Assembly: GCA_977030845.1 (NCBI GenBank)
Contig: OZ365110.1
Location: 30,814,001 to 30,878,000, forward strand
Length of the DNA stretch: 64,000 bases
Origin: Fimbriosthenelais zetlandica
Taxonomy: Eukaryota
Direction of reading: 5' to 3'
The translations under genes and the position numbers were made by a program. Position 1 is the stretch's first letter; each line of letters starts with the position of its first letter. Below the pieces are notes generated by a model. That model did not search any database, was not told the origin of the DNA, and saw nothing but the letters and a program-made list of their open reading frames with translations. Of the stretch, positions 1 through 13,900 are shown one piece after another.

Positions 1-3000
1 AAATTCTGCCCACAGACACATAGACTTTTGTCTAGATAATATAGGTTTATTGCTTGATCATAAATACTTTTATTACGCTATGCTAAGACTACCACTTTTA
101 TATTCATGGGTGCATCAGTTGGCTTTTTGTTGTGAACATCATTTTCAGTTGCCAACAAATTATCTCATATGAGATGTGACATTATAGATTGTGGGATGGA
201 GCCATTGCACTGTAAGTGGCAAAAGGGTTTTGATAGCAGACGAGCTGGCAGCTTGCCTGCTTCAATGTACTGGTGGCAGTCAACCTTGCTTCTCTTATAA
301 GCATCAGCTATCTCAGGAAGTGGATATATCATATAGAGCAATATATTTTACTTTGAAAGGATCTCCCTATATACCAGATAATGACGATCGGTATTGGTTG
401 ATGTAATGACATCAAATATAACATGACATTTGTATCGGCTAATAATCTTCTCTTTGGTGGATAAGTATATTAGGTTTTTCCAAAGTCTCACACTTCTATT
501 TAACCCAGTTTTTATGCTGACAGCATAAAGAGTAGAGAAGGCATATAGAGAAGGTTAAAAGATTGTAGAAAACAGACCCTGAACATGGATCTCATCAACA
601 ATGTTTACATCGGATTGTTTGAACCCTCTCTGGTGGTCCAGATGCGCATCTCAAACCCACACAAACCTCTATACCTCATCCCTAACCATCTCCTACTGAT
701 CTAACATGCAGATCAACTCATAAAGGTCTTGAGCCAGTCTGTCAAATGGTCGGAGACGGGGTGGGAACCTTAATGCAAAAGCAAACCCGCCATGCCAAGG
801 TCTATATTAACACTTTATGACCGAGGCCTCAGAACCCATTGCAAGACGAACATATATATGCTTGAGGTAAATAATTATATTAATTCCAATATCAGGCCCA
901 AAATTCATTGTAACACTTTGTTATCGCTCATTTAAACTTTTTTGTCTTCAATCTTATCTTCGTACAGAAGATAGCGGATGAGGTTGTGTGGAAAGCATTT
1001 CTTTCTAAGCAAATACATTATATAAATTTGAAAAAATCATCAAACTTCGAGATCAAAACCAAATCATATTCTTCAGGCTTCAGTATTCCAGTGCATTTAT
1101 TTTCAATCACTCTTTTCATCTTTCTTCGCCCTTCTTTGTCCTTGATTCTTACCCTTTTTACTTCTGAAAGAAAACATTTCTGTGTAAGGAAGTGGTGTAC
1201 TTTGAGGGAGTAAATCCACTTGAGTGCTCCCATGGGGGATTGAGATGTAGATGTAAACTAGCTTGAGGAGTGAGGCAACCAGACATAGGGAAGGTTCCGC
1301 CAGAGCAACTCGCCCCACAACCAGCTCCTGCTCTACTTCTGATATGCTCACTGTCAGGCTAGCTTCTCTACGATTCAACAACCATTACTGCAAGGCCAGA
1401 AAAAAAGGAAGAAAAGAGTTTCAGAGATGTCACTACTCAGAGATTTCTACCAGCACTACTGACTAAATATCACTGATAGATGTTATGTGTTATTGACAGC
1501 ACTGATTCTTACGGCATAAAATAGAATCACGCATTCCATTTTATGTATTTGTATCAGTTCATTCAAAATGATAGAGGAGAGAGAAATGCAATGTGGTAGC
1601 TGCATCGTTCTCCCATTTAGCTTTAACGGCTGGTGTTACCTGAAACGGTACGTATTACCGGCCTATAGGTATAACGATGCACTGCAGCTGCATGGTTCCG
1701 ATAAAGTGAGAATAAAGTACAATCGGGATATTTTGTCATGTGTCTCAAAAGCAAAAACAGTGCAAATTCTGTTGGCCTACCCATGCACTGGTTCCACCAA
1801 AGTGTGAGGCATCCCCCATTCAACAGCCTCTGACATCTTTCTTCCTTTCTAGTCCATTCACAAAAGCCCTGCCGAGAGGTGGGGGTCAGATCTGGATAAT
1901 CGCTCCGCTTTTTCCCTGTCACCCCAGCAGATAAGCCTACCAATCAATGGTGAAGTCATGCTAACCTTCTGATAAGAAATAGATTGTGATTCCACCCAGT
2001 TCCAGATAAGGAATGATAACAGCGCTTCTGAGTGCATTGCAAAGACGTGGAAACGGGCTAGAATTGAGTGGTAGAAAGATGAAAATTCAATATAAAACTT
2101 CTATCAATTATGGAGGCGGTTTTATAATACCTACCACACTCTAACTTGACATCTAGTATTTGATAAGGACTATTGGCATCATTAAGGAATGAGTGCTGCT
2201 CGATTTCTTGGCTCTTTTGGGCAGTGGTTCCTTGGAGTGTTGTTTAATGCAATGTTGATCATGCGCTTTACAAAACGTGGAGGGTGAAGAGTGGTTGGAG
2301 AGAGTGACAGACATCCTTTTGGTGGTCAATAAATCGATATCAAACACTGAGATCTCTGTTTTATATTACTGACGGGTGCCACTCATAACAGCTACATTTG
2401 TCCCCATGTTTTGCTGACCAAGGGGGTATGTCACATGAAAAATAAAAATGAAGGGGACGTTCAGGTTTTGGTTCAGATCATTTGTTTAACATATTTTGAT
2501 GGATAAAATATAAAGCCTCAAGTGCTATTAAATGTTGCCCAAGTTTATAAGTGTATTTGCGGTGGATAAATTCTCTGTAACAGCCCCTTGGTGATGTAAA
2601 GAGTTCTTTGTGGTTAAAAGAAAGAAGCGTGTCTAATTTGTCTTGTTAAAATGCAACATGAATCGATGAAGAAACTGAACCATGTGAACAATGGAATTAC
2701 TGGGAAAAAGCAGACCGCAACAAATGAATAAAAGTGATGGACTATTTCGTGGATTGGAAAGATTGTATTCAAACAAAGGAAAGTAATAATGGATTATATT
2801 TCAAATTTCATTCTTTATGTTCTATCTCTTTATGTTCTTTCATAGAAAACTATTATCACAAAGGAAATAATTCATTCTTCATTATATTTGTTAACAAGGC
2901 TATAGCCAGACTTAAGGAAGGGAAAACATTGTAACGATTAAAACTAAACAATAATCATTAAAATCAATTATGTTAAAAAAAGAAACAACGGATCAATTAT

Positions 3001-3019
3001 GAATAAAATGTCAAAAGCT

Positions 3020-4668
3020 TCAGTTCATAAATTATACATTATCTTTTATTCAACAAGGCCTTCATGTACATCCATATATTTGAGATTCTTCTTTGTCACA
3101 ACCAAAGGCTACATAATATATATTATTTCTATTTTACATATTTACAGAAAAGTAAATAACATATTTTGAAAGTAATAACGCTAACAGAGTCAATCCATCA
3201 AGAACTGCCAAACCATGAATATAATATTATTAAGATTTAAAGATATTCGTCTTTGTTCAATGATTGTTAATACAACACTCTTTTCTAAATCAGACTTTTA
3301 CTCCTTTCTGGCACACATATGGTAAATAAAATATATATACTAACAATGTCGTTTCATTCTCCATTATTCAATGTTAAATACATTCCACTTTTCCCATTAA
3401 TATAAGCCTTGCTAATAGTCTATCTTCTTTGATAAATAAATATATAATTGGATATTTACATTTTTACACACAATATGATAGGCCATTTTAGGAGTTGACA
3501 TTATATATAGATGAAAGCTCAGCAAAGGTAATGTTTTGTCATTTCATTCTGAAACAAAGCATTGGCAGTTGAACACACAATAAAGTATATGATCACTATG
3601 ACAAGTCTTGGTATTTTAATCGATGTAGCTTTTTAGAATGCTTTGTACGATGTTTCCATTGACGATAATGGACTACGAAGGGGGCATGTTATCCTATGGG
3701 TACGTAATTTGGGCTACAGGCAATACAAAAATTGAAAAACAACAATGGGAGCCAGCATCCGATTTCTCTTACAAAGCTCATGCAAGCTGAATAATAAACA
3801 AAAGAATTCCACCTGGAATATATATATAAGTGAATGAAACTTGGATAAAGGAAATGGAATTTTAAATCAAGTTATTGGAATTATAGTTCCACTTTCATTA
3901 AATTTGTATTTCCTGACTCTATCGATGTTTGCCCATGCTTTTCCCTTCTTGTCCTTTATAGAGAGAGGATATGGGAGATAATGTGTACGTTTGTCATGTT
4001 TGCATAAACAAAAGGTAAGTTTAGCTAGAAAGGGAAAATGTGCAAATGATGTTTTAATAAATATGTTTTATCTGTAGACATTTTGTGTAAACATGTGAAA
4101 CGAGGCATCTTATATGCGATAACTTCAAGTCGTTGGATTTTGCATGGAAATGTTTACCAACACTGAAATTAAAGCAATGGCAGCTGCTTCTATTTTAGTT
4201 TTCCTTTATAACAGGAACCATTAAAACATATCTTCTGAGAGACCATACATTAGGTATAACCGTTTGAGCTTATCCAGGGTCGATATAGTGTAATCTCTTA
4301 GAGACATTTCATAACGAAGTATTCACTACGTCATGTATTTATTTGGGTATCACATAGTAACTTTTGTTTATAGAACAACCACGCGAAATCTTCTATACAT
4401 CAGTGGTTATATGTGTACACATAGCAAAGTAGGCCCGGGATGGGCATAGCCACAGTCTTACACTTTAGTTAAAGCTCTCTCCTCCTTCTTGTAGCTTTTA
4501 AAGCTTGATCCATTTACGTAGAAGATATTCAGCAAAAACCTCTCTCTAGAAAATGTAGCCAATTACGGAGGCTTTTTGTGGATAGAAAAAGTTTAAATTT
4601 TAGAAGTCCTTCCCTTGAGACATTGTCCTTTTGGCGTTCAAAAGAGAAAGGTTATTTTGTTCAGCATA
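3020..4668 (-). other. Probable 3' UTR (~1.6 kb) with poly(A) signal at 3050-3045
   Basis: AT-rich sequence follows the stop. Minus-strand AATAAA occurs at 3050-3045 with a U-rich stretch downstream (2940-3000); another AATAAA is at 4343-4338. The end point is inferred, with no transcript data. Confidence 0.5.
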
Positions 4669-4996
4669 TCACGTAAACTGGGGACTTTCATAGTGATGTG
4701 ATGACCTTAGGGTACCGTTGCCACTGACAACACAACGTTCAGCACGTCTGCGATCATACGTGCTTGAATGATTACAGTCTTTAACATCCATGGTGACGTC
4801 ACACGCTGGTATGTAGTTACCTCGCTGTATATCATTGGGATTCTCTGTGATGACGTGATGGTGTGGCGGAAGTGACGTCACTGCCCGGCCCCACGTACCA
4901 GCAGGTATTTGGTTGTTCTCACCGTCCAGTAACTTGGGGTGTTCACACTGAATGTCAGCCAGGTGAGGTGGAGTCCCTTGCTCATGTGGGCTTTTC
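4669..4996 (-). CDS. Coding exon 7: cytoplasmic tail to stop
   Basis: Acceptor ctatttttatcattccag|, phase 2, matching exon 6 (AG|G = Arg). Open for 109 codons: KSPHEQGTPPHLADIQCEHPKLLDGENNQIPAGTWGRAVTSLPPHHHVITENPNDIQRGNYIPACDVTMDVKDCNHSSTYDRRRAERCVVSGNGTLRSSHHYESPQFT*. Confidence 0.9.
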
Positions 4997-7900
4997 CTGG
5001 AATGATAAAAATAGAATCGATTGGTTAGTAAAAGTTAAGAGGAAAAGTAAATAATCTATAACAACCTGGAAATGAATGAAGAGACGGAGTATAGGAGTTT
5101 TTTCGCTCGATTTCCAAGCTGGCGGTCAGTGAAAAGTCACTTTCAGTTTCACTAACTCAGGCAAATGTGTGGGCAAATTTACGAGTTCTTCTTTTAGAAA
5201 GGCATTAATATCACGCGGACAGTCTGCCTAACTCTTGTACGACTGTGCACAAAGGTAATTACCACTGCGCACGCGCATAACTCACAAAGGGGGGCTTTGA
5301 GCAGTGGCCATGGTACATGAGCAGCACTGAGGTCTTCTTTATCGCCCGGTTTCCGGTGCTGAGCCGATTGGCGAGCGTTTGGAGGAAGTCTCGTGTCGGC
5401 GAGATGAATCGAGACCCGCCATGAGTTGGTGGTCATCACCTGACACTGGACTTCCCCCCACGGTCGCTAGGGGACTCTGACCTTTGAGTTGCTTCAAGAG
5501 CGAATGCAGCAAGGCCAGGCTTAGTTTTACCGCAACTATCAAACACCCTAGAGGCCCTAGAGTATACATGTACTCTATATAATTATTATGCAGAAGGCGA
5601 TGATATGGGGGATGGGGATATGATTAAAAGGACGGAGAAAGGACAGATTGGTAGAGTTCGCTCAGATGTTTCATCCAGCCGAGCAGCAAGAATGTTTGAA
5701 AGATATATTTTCCCATAGAAGAAATTAGGTGAGATAGGTGAAGACAGTAATAATAAGGATGTACACAAATGACACATGACATGGATGACGACAGTGATTG
5801 GGTTGTGTCGTCCAGAGGGTAACGCCACCATCGCCGCATGTACGTACTACAATCCTCCGCCCTCACCCACCAAACCAAATGCCAACAAATCCTCCCAACC
5901 ACCATTTTTCTATCGTAATGTGGTTTTTCAGAATCGGACACGGGTGTTAATGTATCTGCCACGGGGAAAGGATCGTTCTTCTCCCTGAATGCTCATTAGC
6001 TCTCTTGGGAAAGGTCAAGGGTCACACAAAGGGAAATATATGAGCGTTCAAAGATGGCTCTATATCGCCGGCTCTTCCCAGCTGATTGCTTCCGGACAAG
6101 TCTTGGCGATGGTAATGTGTTCGCCAACAGGCACAACATATTGGTCGTTGGGTTTCAATTATCAACGAAGCCTTGGACACCGATACTTAGGCATTCCCAT
6201 AATTGAGGATGTGTGGGAGACACATATTTATAGATGGCTTTCCCAAATATATTGTAAGTAGGGCAATGTGGGCAAAAAACGCATCGCAGTAATTTACTCT
6301 TCTATATGGCATCTCTCAGCTAGGCATTCCTTCATAAAACACAAAAGACGTGCACCATTAACCAATGGGGAGATTCTGTGCGTATTTTACAATAATAATC
6401 TACTAAAGACGCATGTGATGAAATCTACATTACTGCACTTGAGAATTATGAGCATTTTGCTCAGATCTCCATAAAAAAGGGAAATTTAAATCTCCGTATC
6501 TCAATGCCAGGCTCCTATATGCTCGCATATCCCTGTGCATAAAAATTTGCAATGAACAAAGAGCATTCAGCAGCACCAAACATCAGACTTTGAGCCTCGT
6601 CAAATGTTCTTCAAATCTTCTCTTTGCACACAGAAAACCTCCATAAAAGACATAACAGCGTTCTCCATTGTAAGGGATATCAGTCTCCCAGTTTTTATGT
6701 ATGACAAATGTTTTATATTCACTATAGTTTGTATAAGGATCAAAGGGATGCATTCAAACTTACCTTTTAAGGTAGAAAATGGCGAGTGATAACAGCAGAC
6801 CCCCGAGGAAGACACCCAATGCCACCCCTATCGCTACGAGTATGAGAATGCCTGTAGTGAGAGAGAAAAGAGAAGGTTAGAGATCAGGGTGACTTTCTGT
6901 ATACCAAGACAGGTATTAATATCATCTAACTTCACAGGTATTGACTGGTGTTTGGTGATGTAGATGGCGTCTAAAAGGTATGCAATACACAGCACTTTGT
7001 TCATATTGGCGAAGAAATCCTTTGTGCAACTCTCACGGGGAGTTAAATGCAAAACATAAGCCTTTCATTTCAGCAAATGCTGATTTTGGAACATTTTGAT
7101 GACTATCGATATTACAACAAAAATTGGATTTAATTCAAATAACAAGTTTTATATATATGTGAATTTCACAAAATAAAAATCATCCGACCTCTTTTCTTTA
7201 TATCCAAATGGAAGAATCATCTACTATGATAAGGAGATGAAGTTGGGATGATGTGAGTTTAAATCAGAGTAGCTTATAGAGTGGCATTTAGAAACAACAG
7301 AACCTTTAAAAGCAGGAAGACACGAGATAAGATAATCCCAACGCCATCTTTGATTCCAATGATAAAAGGCTATGCGTGATAGCCTTCCCAGGCAGTGTTA
7401 TAAAGGACTCAGAAGAGGAGAGAGGGTTCCCTCAGTGCAGAGAGAAGCCTCAATGTTTGAACCATACTAATGCTTTCATTGTACAACTACCGCATGCTAA
7501 GCTTGAAACACAGCCTGTACTTACCATCCACCCTTCCCCTATAATGCTAGCACCAAATGGACCAATTTTCCCCTCCCGGAACTGTTTTCCCTTTAGCTTA
7601 CATGGCATGGGCAATTAGAGGCTTGCTTTTGGCTGGACCGACTGGCACTTGCCTAGGGCCATCATTTTTGGGCAAATTTAGACATGACCCTTCCTCCTAC
7701 ACGAGGTCATTATGGATTCAGATGCGAAAATATCGTGAGGTGAAGTTACATTTAAGACTGTCATCACGTGAGAGGAATGGCCTCAGAATGGCAACTATTG
7801 GTTTGAGACATCTCAGCAAGATACGGGCCGATGATGGAAATATATTTCCTTCTTATTGCAATCATTAGCAATAAAAGATGTTTCAGAAATATTAATGGGC

Positions 7901-10900
7901 AGTTGGGCCGTGTCGCTCCTGTGCGCTATTGACCTTTCAGAAGATCCGGAGCGACGGCTTGACTTGACCTAAGTGAATCTTATCTGGCCAAAAATTGACC
8001 ATCCATCATCTGATATCTGGCTATTGTCCTGCCTGCTGATGGTATTATTCCCCTTCTAAAAGATGCCAGCTCTGATGAATTCCCTAGCCTCCATGTCCCT
8101 GCCAATGCTGCCTTCACCCTGACCGACACCCCGCCTATTCATTACCTTCCATTTGCCATCGCGCCGATGGAGAAATTCATAAAGATCATTGCCTGATCAT
8201 TGGATTCTCCCCTGATGGCTTTAGAGACCTCTGTGACTCCTGACCGTTTGAACTCGGGGTGACCCATTTCCAAAGACAGTCCTCAACATAGCTGGATATG
8301 ATTCATGACCTTTGGCCAAGACAAGAAGCCACTGACCAGCAGTACCCACGCAGGTATTATTTTCCACTTGGCAGAAGGATAGAGAAGGGGAGAAAAGACA
8401 GATGTGAGTGAAGCCAAATAAGTTGAGAAGCACCAATTGGCAGTCATGGTTGTCCATTGAGCCTGCCAGCTTCATTTAGATCCATCCTAAATGTCTCACA
8501 TATCATGTCATCACCCTCCATGTTCATCCTGACAGGATGAGCTCTCACTGCCAGCCCATCAGGAAAATGTTTGAAAAGGCCCACTTTGATCTTGTCATGC
8601 ATAATTGAGGGATGGAAGTATAGCAGATCAGCTGAAATATGCCCGGTGATATATTTGAAAGATGGCTTCGGTGGAAGCTGCCAAGGGACAATGAGAGTTC
8701 ATTGCCCAAGAGGAGGCTCATTCCGGGCCGCGGCTTAGGCTGACGGATGGCCAGCCGGATCTTTACCTTTCACCAAGCTGCTATTTACAACTGCTCTTTT
8801 CCTACTGGTAGCACAATGAGAAAAACTTACAGTTTACACTGCACATTTATTTTTCCATTAACTTTTCTCTTTCCCGTCCTTCATTCTATTTACGGGCGGG
8901 GCTTAAATAGTATCAAAGAATTAGGGTCCACCACAGGGACATCCTAAATTAATGAATGATTAGCGAAATGGCCAAGTTTCAAGTACGAAGGCCTGGAAAA
9001 TTTAATATGCCTTAATTAAATATAAAGATTATCAACTTTCAGTCGCAGGTAAGAAATTTAAGCTAAAATTAAGAAAAAACTGCACTGAAAAACTGAGAAT
9101 CCCTCATTTCACGAATTATTTAGCGTCTTTTCTTGCCAACAAAAAAATAAAGATGGATTTTTCAATTGTGCTGGTTGCTTTTAAGTCCAGTCAACATGGC
9201 ATGCCGTCTGCCATTTTCTCCATTATGTCTATATCCATTGAGAGCAAAATGAGACAGGGGATGGCTGACTTTTTTTACTCCTCCATGTCTTATTAATGAG
9301 AAGGGCACACACGGTTCTGGTCAATTTCGACCTGATTAAACCAACGATCATGGTGAGAACGCCTGCCTTTGAAGCTGTCTGCCAATGGTCAGGTTAATTG
9401 CAACATTCTGTGCACACGTCGGTGCATAAGTCGGCGCTTTTGTCATTGTTGGATGGGAGGCGTTTTAATGCTTTGCCAGACGATTTCTGTAGGCTGCACT
9501 GCATGCCTTGTCGGACCAATATGCGTGGCCGTCCGTCGGTAGGGTCACGTTAGCGCGTGCGCCGCACGACAAAGCTGCATGTCCGCCTTGATCCACGCAT
9601 GTGCGCACACCACAAAGGCCGTGCCAGTGTCCGTGAGGGGTCAGGTCGGGTCAGGGCACATGCTCCGCTTTGGATGGACAGTTATTAGGCAGCATTATGA
9701 CTCATACTCGCACTTGTATTATGACACATGCCCCCTTCTAACAAATCCTGGCATACTTTTTCCACCATAAGCTCCTGGGTGCATCATGGATGCACTGCCT
9801 GGCTCCGGCGCCCCCGCTTCCTAATGGCCTTCTGTTTTTAATCCATCAAGTGACCACACAAAGAAGTGTCTGCAGCGCTCATTATGGCCGTCCATAGGGT
9901 GCAGGGTCAGACTCCTCCCTTTATGAGCATTATTAAGGCGCACTGTCATAAGTTCAAGGCATAGGGGCATGTTTAGTGTTGGAATGGTCAGACAGGTCAA
10001 TGGTGGGTCATATAGAACAGTGCTAAATCCTCCCCCATGGACCACTTCCTATGATCCCCCTCTAATGGCTGGCTTTTTTAGATTGCTTTTCTAGATTGGC
10101 ATAGTTTTCGATGTTGCTATAATAATACACCCCCAAGTGAAGGCAAGGAAAGCTCTGCAACTCACCATATGGGAACTGATTATCTGCTGTGGCCAGTATA
10201 GGGAAACTCCACTGCTGAGCTGAAATAAAAATAACGAAAATGAAAATTGACATGTTTTATTAACCTCAAGTAGGCGCAAGCAAGAACCTGAATGAGGGCA
10301 TCATGGAAGCATTATAATTTCCCTTTCATCTGCTTCACACTTTCCATTTCTTTCAAGGCCCATTTTTTTCCAAAAAGGAATTTATTTCTTCAGCGGTCAA
10401 TACAAATAAACCAAACCCTGGCAGCCATTCACAAATCTTATAGGGTAAAATACAGAGGATTTGCGTGAGGCTTTCTCTGGGAGTGGTCCATAAGCTTCAC
10501 CGCTCTTTGCCCAGACGTCTTAAAGCGTGTGTCTTCAAACAGACCCCATAATGGAATCACGAAATGCAACTTATCCAAGGCTCATATGGAGATGTCAACT
10601 TGAATATTCTACAGACCATCGTGTGTATTGGACCAAGGAGAAGGTAGAGATAAGAGAGGCTGGGTTATAAGGGGTGATATAGGTAGTAGTATAAGGAACT
10701 GGACGTTTGTGTGTGGTTCACGGCGCGGAAGAGCCATAAAATCCACTCATGTTTACGGCCTGAATTCGTCTGGGGAAGGTACAAAAGAACTTATACCAGA
10801 GCGAAAATTCGAATTTATTCGAAGGAATTTTGGAGGAGTTTGTAATGGATTTTCCTCAGAAGGACAACTCACTGCATACGCTACTTTTCAGAGCATTTAA

Positions 10901-13900
10901 GTTTTTATTAAAGAAACTATGGTCTAAAAATAGATTATAAATAGACTCTACATGCTGTGAAAACATTATTAACACTAGAGTACATAAATTCGCTCTAAAA
11001 TCCAATATGAACTTACATGTTTGTTTGTCCTTAGAACAGTTGCCCACTTCGCCGACCCACGAGTTACCTCGGCAGACTAGGCTCCATGTTTCTTCTGTCA
11101 TATTACATTTAACAATCAGATTCTCTCCCTGCCGGCGTACCCACACGTTCTTAGGTAAGTGTGGCTCCGGGCATCCCTGAGCTGTTGAATAAGAAAAACA
11201 TGTAAATACAATTAGAATCACAATAACTACCAGTGCTCCCCATGGTGCTTTACATCACAATGGAACATCAGAGAAATTATCTCAGATTTCATTCTGAATG
11301 CTGTAAGATGTTTCAGTAATATTACTAGTATCACTGTATATCATCATTAGAATACAATACAACTACTATTACTAATACAATTTGTAGTACTTATTGTACC
11401 CAGTATGAAAATGCTGACAATGTGTGTGCGTGCCCGCTTGATTCCTGGCATAACTCACATTTTCAGCTGCTCACACATGGTCATGAAACATGACAACCAT
11501 GTACATGTATATTATTATATGATTTGTCACGAACATGAAATGATTTAGTGATTTTTCAATCTCAATTTGCTGCAAGGACCCGGCATGCATGCAAAGTAAC
11601 ATGTTACATACTGCAATGGCAATAGGTAATCGGTAAAGTGTAGAAAATTAACTATAAGGAAAATTGATGCTGATTGGTCAGGCGATTTATAAACGATGAC
11701 AAATCGGACTGTGAGTTAGTTTGGTGTATTCTATAGCCTCCATCTATCAGCCGGGTATACCCCAGTGAGGGTCGTGCCTGTTGCACCCTCACCCATCCAA
11801 TATCGACCCCCTGGGGAAATTTTCTTTCTACCCCCGTGATTATTGCATAGACAGCACATCTATATTTGATAAGAGGTTTTTGGAACTATTACCACACAAC
11901 CTTTACCCCCTTTATTCTCAATATCCACTACTGGTTAGATAAAAAATTGAAATACACCCTGCCCCCGTGTCTTACTCTCCACTGTCTATGAAATTGAATA
12001 TGAATTCTCGTTCAACAGAAAATTGCAAAGCCACGTTTTGAACTATCATTCTCATCTATTGACTAGAACTTATGTTATGTCCTTTATTTTATTATTTCTC
12101 TTTTTAATATTTTCTGAGAATTTTCTCAATGTAATACACAGTATGTAGATACCATTATCACCGTCAAGAATTCTTTACGATGCATCTCTAACGATCAGCT
12201 AATGTGGGCAACATTGCTTTTTGAAGGAAAGGGAATGCATTTATTGGACCAATTAGTATAGACCCTCGTATGAGTCAATAGAGATGCACCGCCACTCCTC
12301 TGCTGGGCTTTTCATGAGGGAGGGCTGGCCATTTTTCTACTACATACTTTTTACCAAGGCTACTAAAAGCACCTATTAATATATTTCTCATTTGTTAGAG
12401 GTGTAGATAGTGTGGCTCGTTTACAAGCCAGCGCTGATGCTATCTTCAAAGCCATTAGGTAGTCTTGCCCGTGATCTATGGGTCTACTTGTGCCACCCTT
12501 GACCAAGCTTGTTTCTAAACTCTTCTTTCATAAGAACTACCCCCATCTGACCTCCAGAGCTATCTCAAGGTCAATACACCCTCCCCCACTCTCTTTTTAA
12601 TCCCTTATAGTCTATACCTTAAATAGAGACCAACATCTGCTGATTGATTCTCTATGACGAAGCTTTTACCCCTTATCCATTGGTTTATACCAAAACGTCA
12701 GTGTATTGTGAAACACATTCCTCAGATGTGAGGTATAGAAACAGAGATATACAACAGAGTTGCCTGTAAAGGGTAGGAGAAGACCTAGGTGACTATACTT
12801 GCCATACAAAAGGCAATGGCTTGTGGTGATAACTTACTGGAAGGGAGCATTCATGGAAGCCTCCCCTTCTCCCTTTCTGTTCCAGTATCGATGTGGTAAG
12901 AGGATCAAAGGCCTCATGTGTCAGATGTGTGTCAGCTATGGTCTTCTTTATCGCGTACCCGTAAAACATCTTAGACATAAAAAAACAAGCTTTTTGGGGC
13001 TCCCCTTCACATTCTCTCTTTCTATGACTTCTGATATAAAATGATTGCTCGCATCAATCATACATTCACAATGCTACACGACGATGTAGAACTTTTATAC
13101 AATATGGAATTTTGACTGATTTTCCACCATCTTTCCACTTTCAACCACCTTTTTAACTTGTGCCAAGTCCTCGACTATTCATACAGAATAAGAGCATTAG
13201 ACGAAATGCGATCCCTTTATGAATTTTTGTTGGTATGCAGAAACTGGGGAGGCATATTACAGGATTTGAATGGACCACACTAAAGCTCTGGTAAAGTCTT
13301 GCATCTTGAACAAAATCATAATCAATACCATACAGTGTACACATGGATGTGCTTGTCCTGAGAGACATACATAATATAAGTCCTCCCATGAACATATCCC
13401 TTCTATCCACAGAGTATTCAGCAAAAGATGTTCTTGCAGAATAACATACTTTGCTTGTTTTCTGGGCCAGTCTGTCGACCATAATAATATGGGCTAGGGG
13501 GATCAATAGCTTCTATCTCTCTATCAGTCCACCAAAGCTTTGCCTTTTAGGATCCCTCCGTTTCAATGACTAGTTCCATTCATCCATTCAGTATTGATTT
13601 GCTATAGGGATCCACTGAATATTTCACAATAAATCAGGTAACATTACATCACAATTACATATATAGAGATCAGGAGGATTCACCGCCAGTTCTTCAATAT
13701 GATTCAACCAGGCTTTTGGATGTCAATCGCTACCCCCAAACTGTCTGAGATGCAGCCAAGCGTCAGTTCTGTAGGGTTATCCACTGTTCACTCGCCTATT
13801 GAAGACTCAGGGATCAGAGACCCGAGTCTGTGATGTTGGATAAAGGACGTGCTAGTAATGGGGCCTTGCCTCAGGCATGGCTTCATCCATAGAGATTTCA

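Noticed and set aside
10856-11016. ORF-track extensions past real exons (also 10062-10165, 20667-20764, 25298-25344)
   Set aside because: They read through consensus GT donors into introns, and domain similarity stops at the donors.
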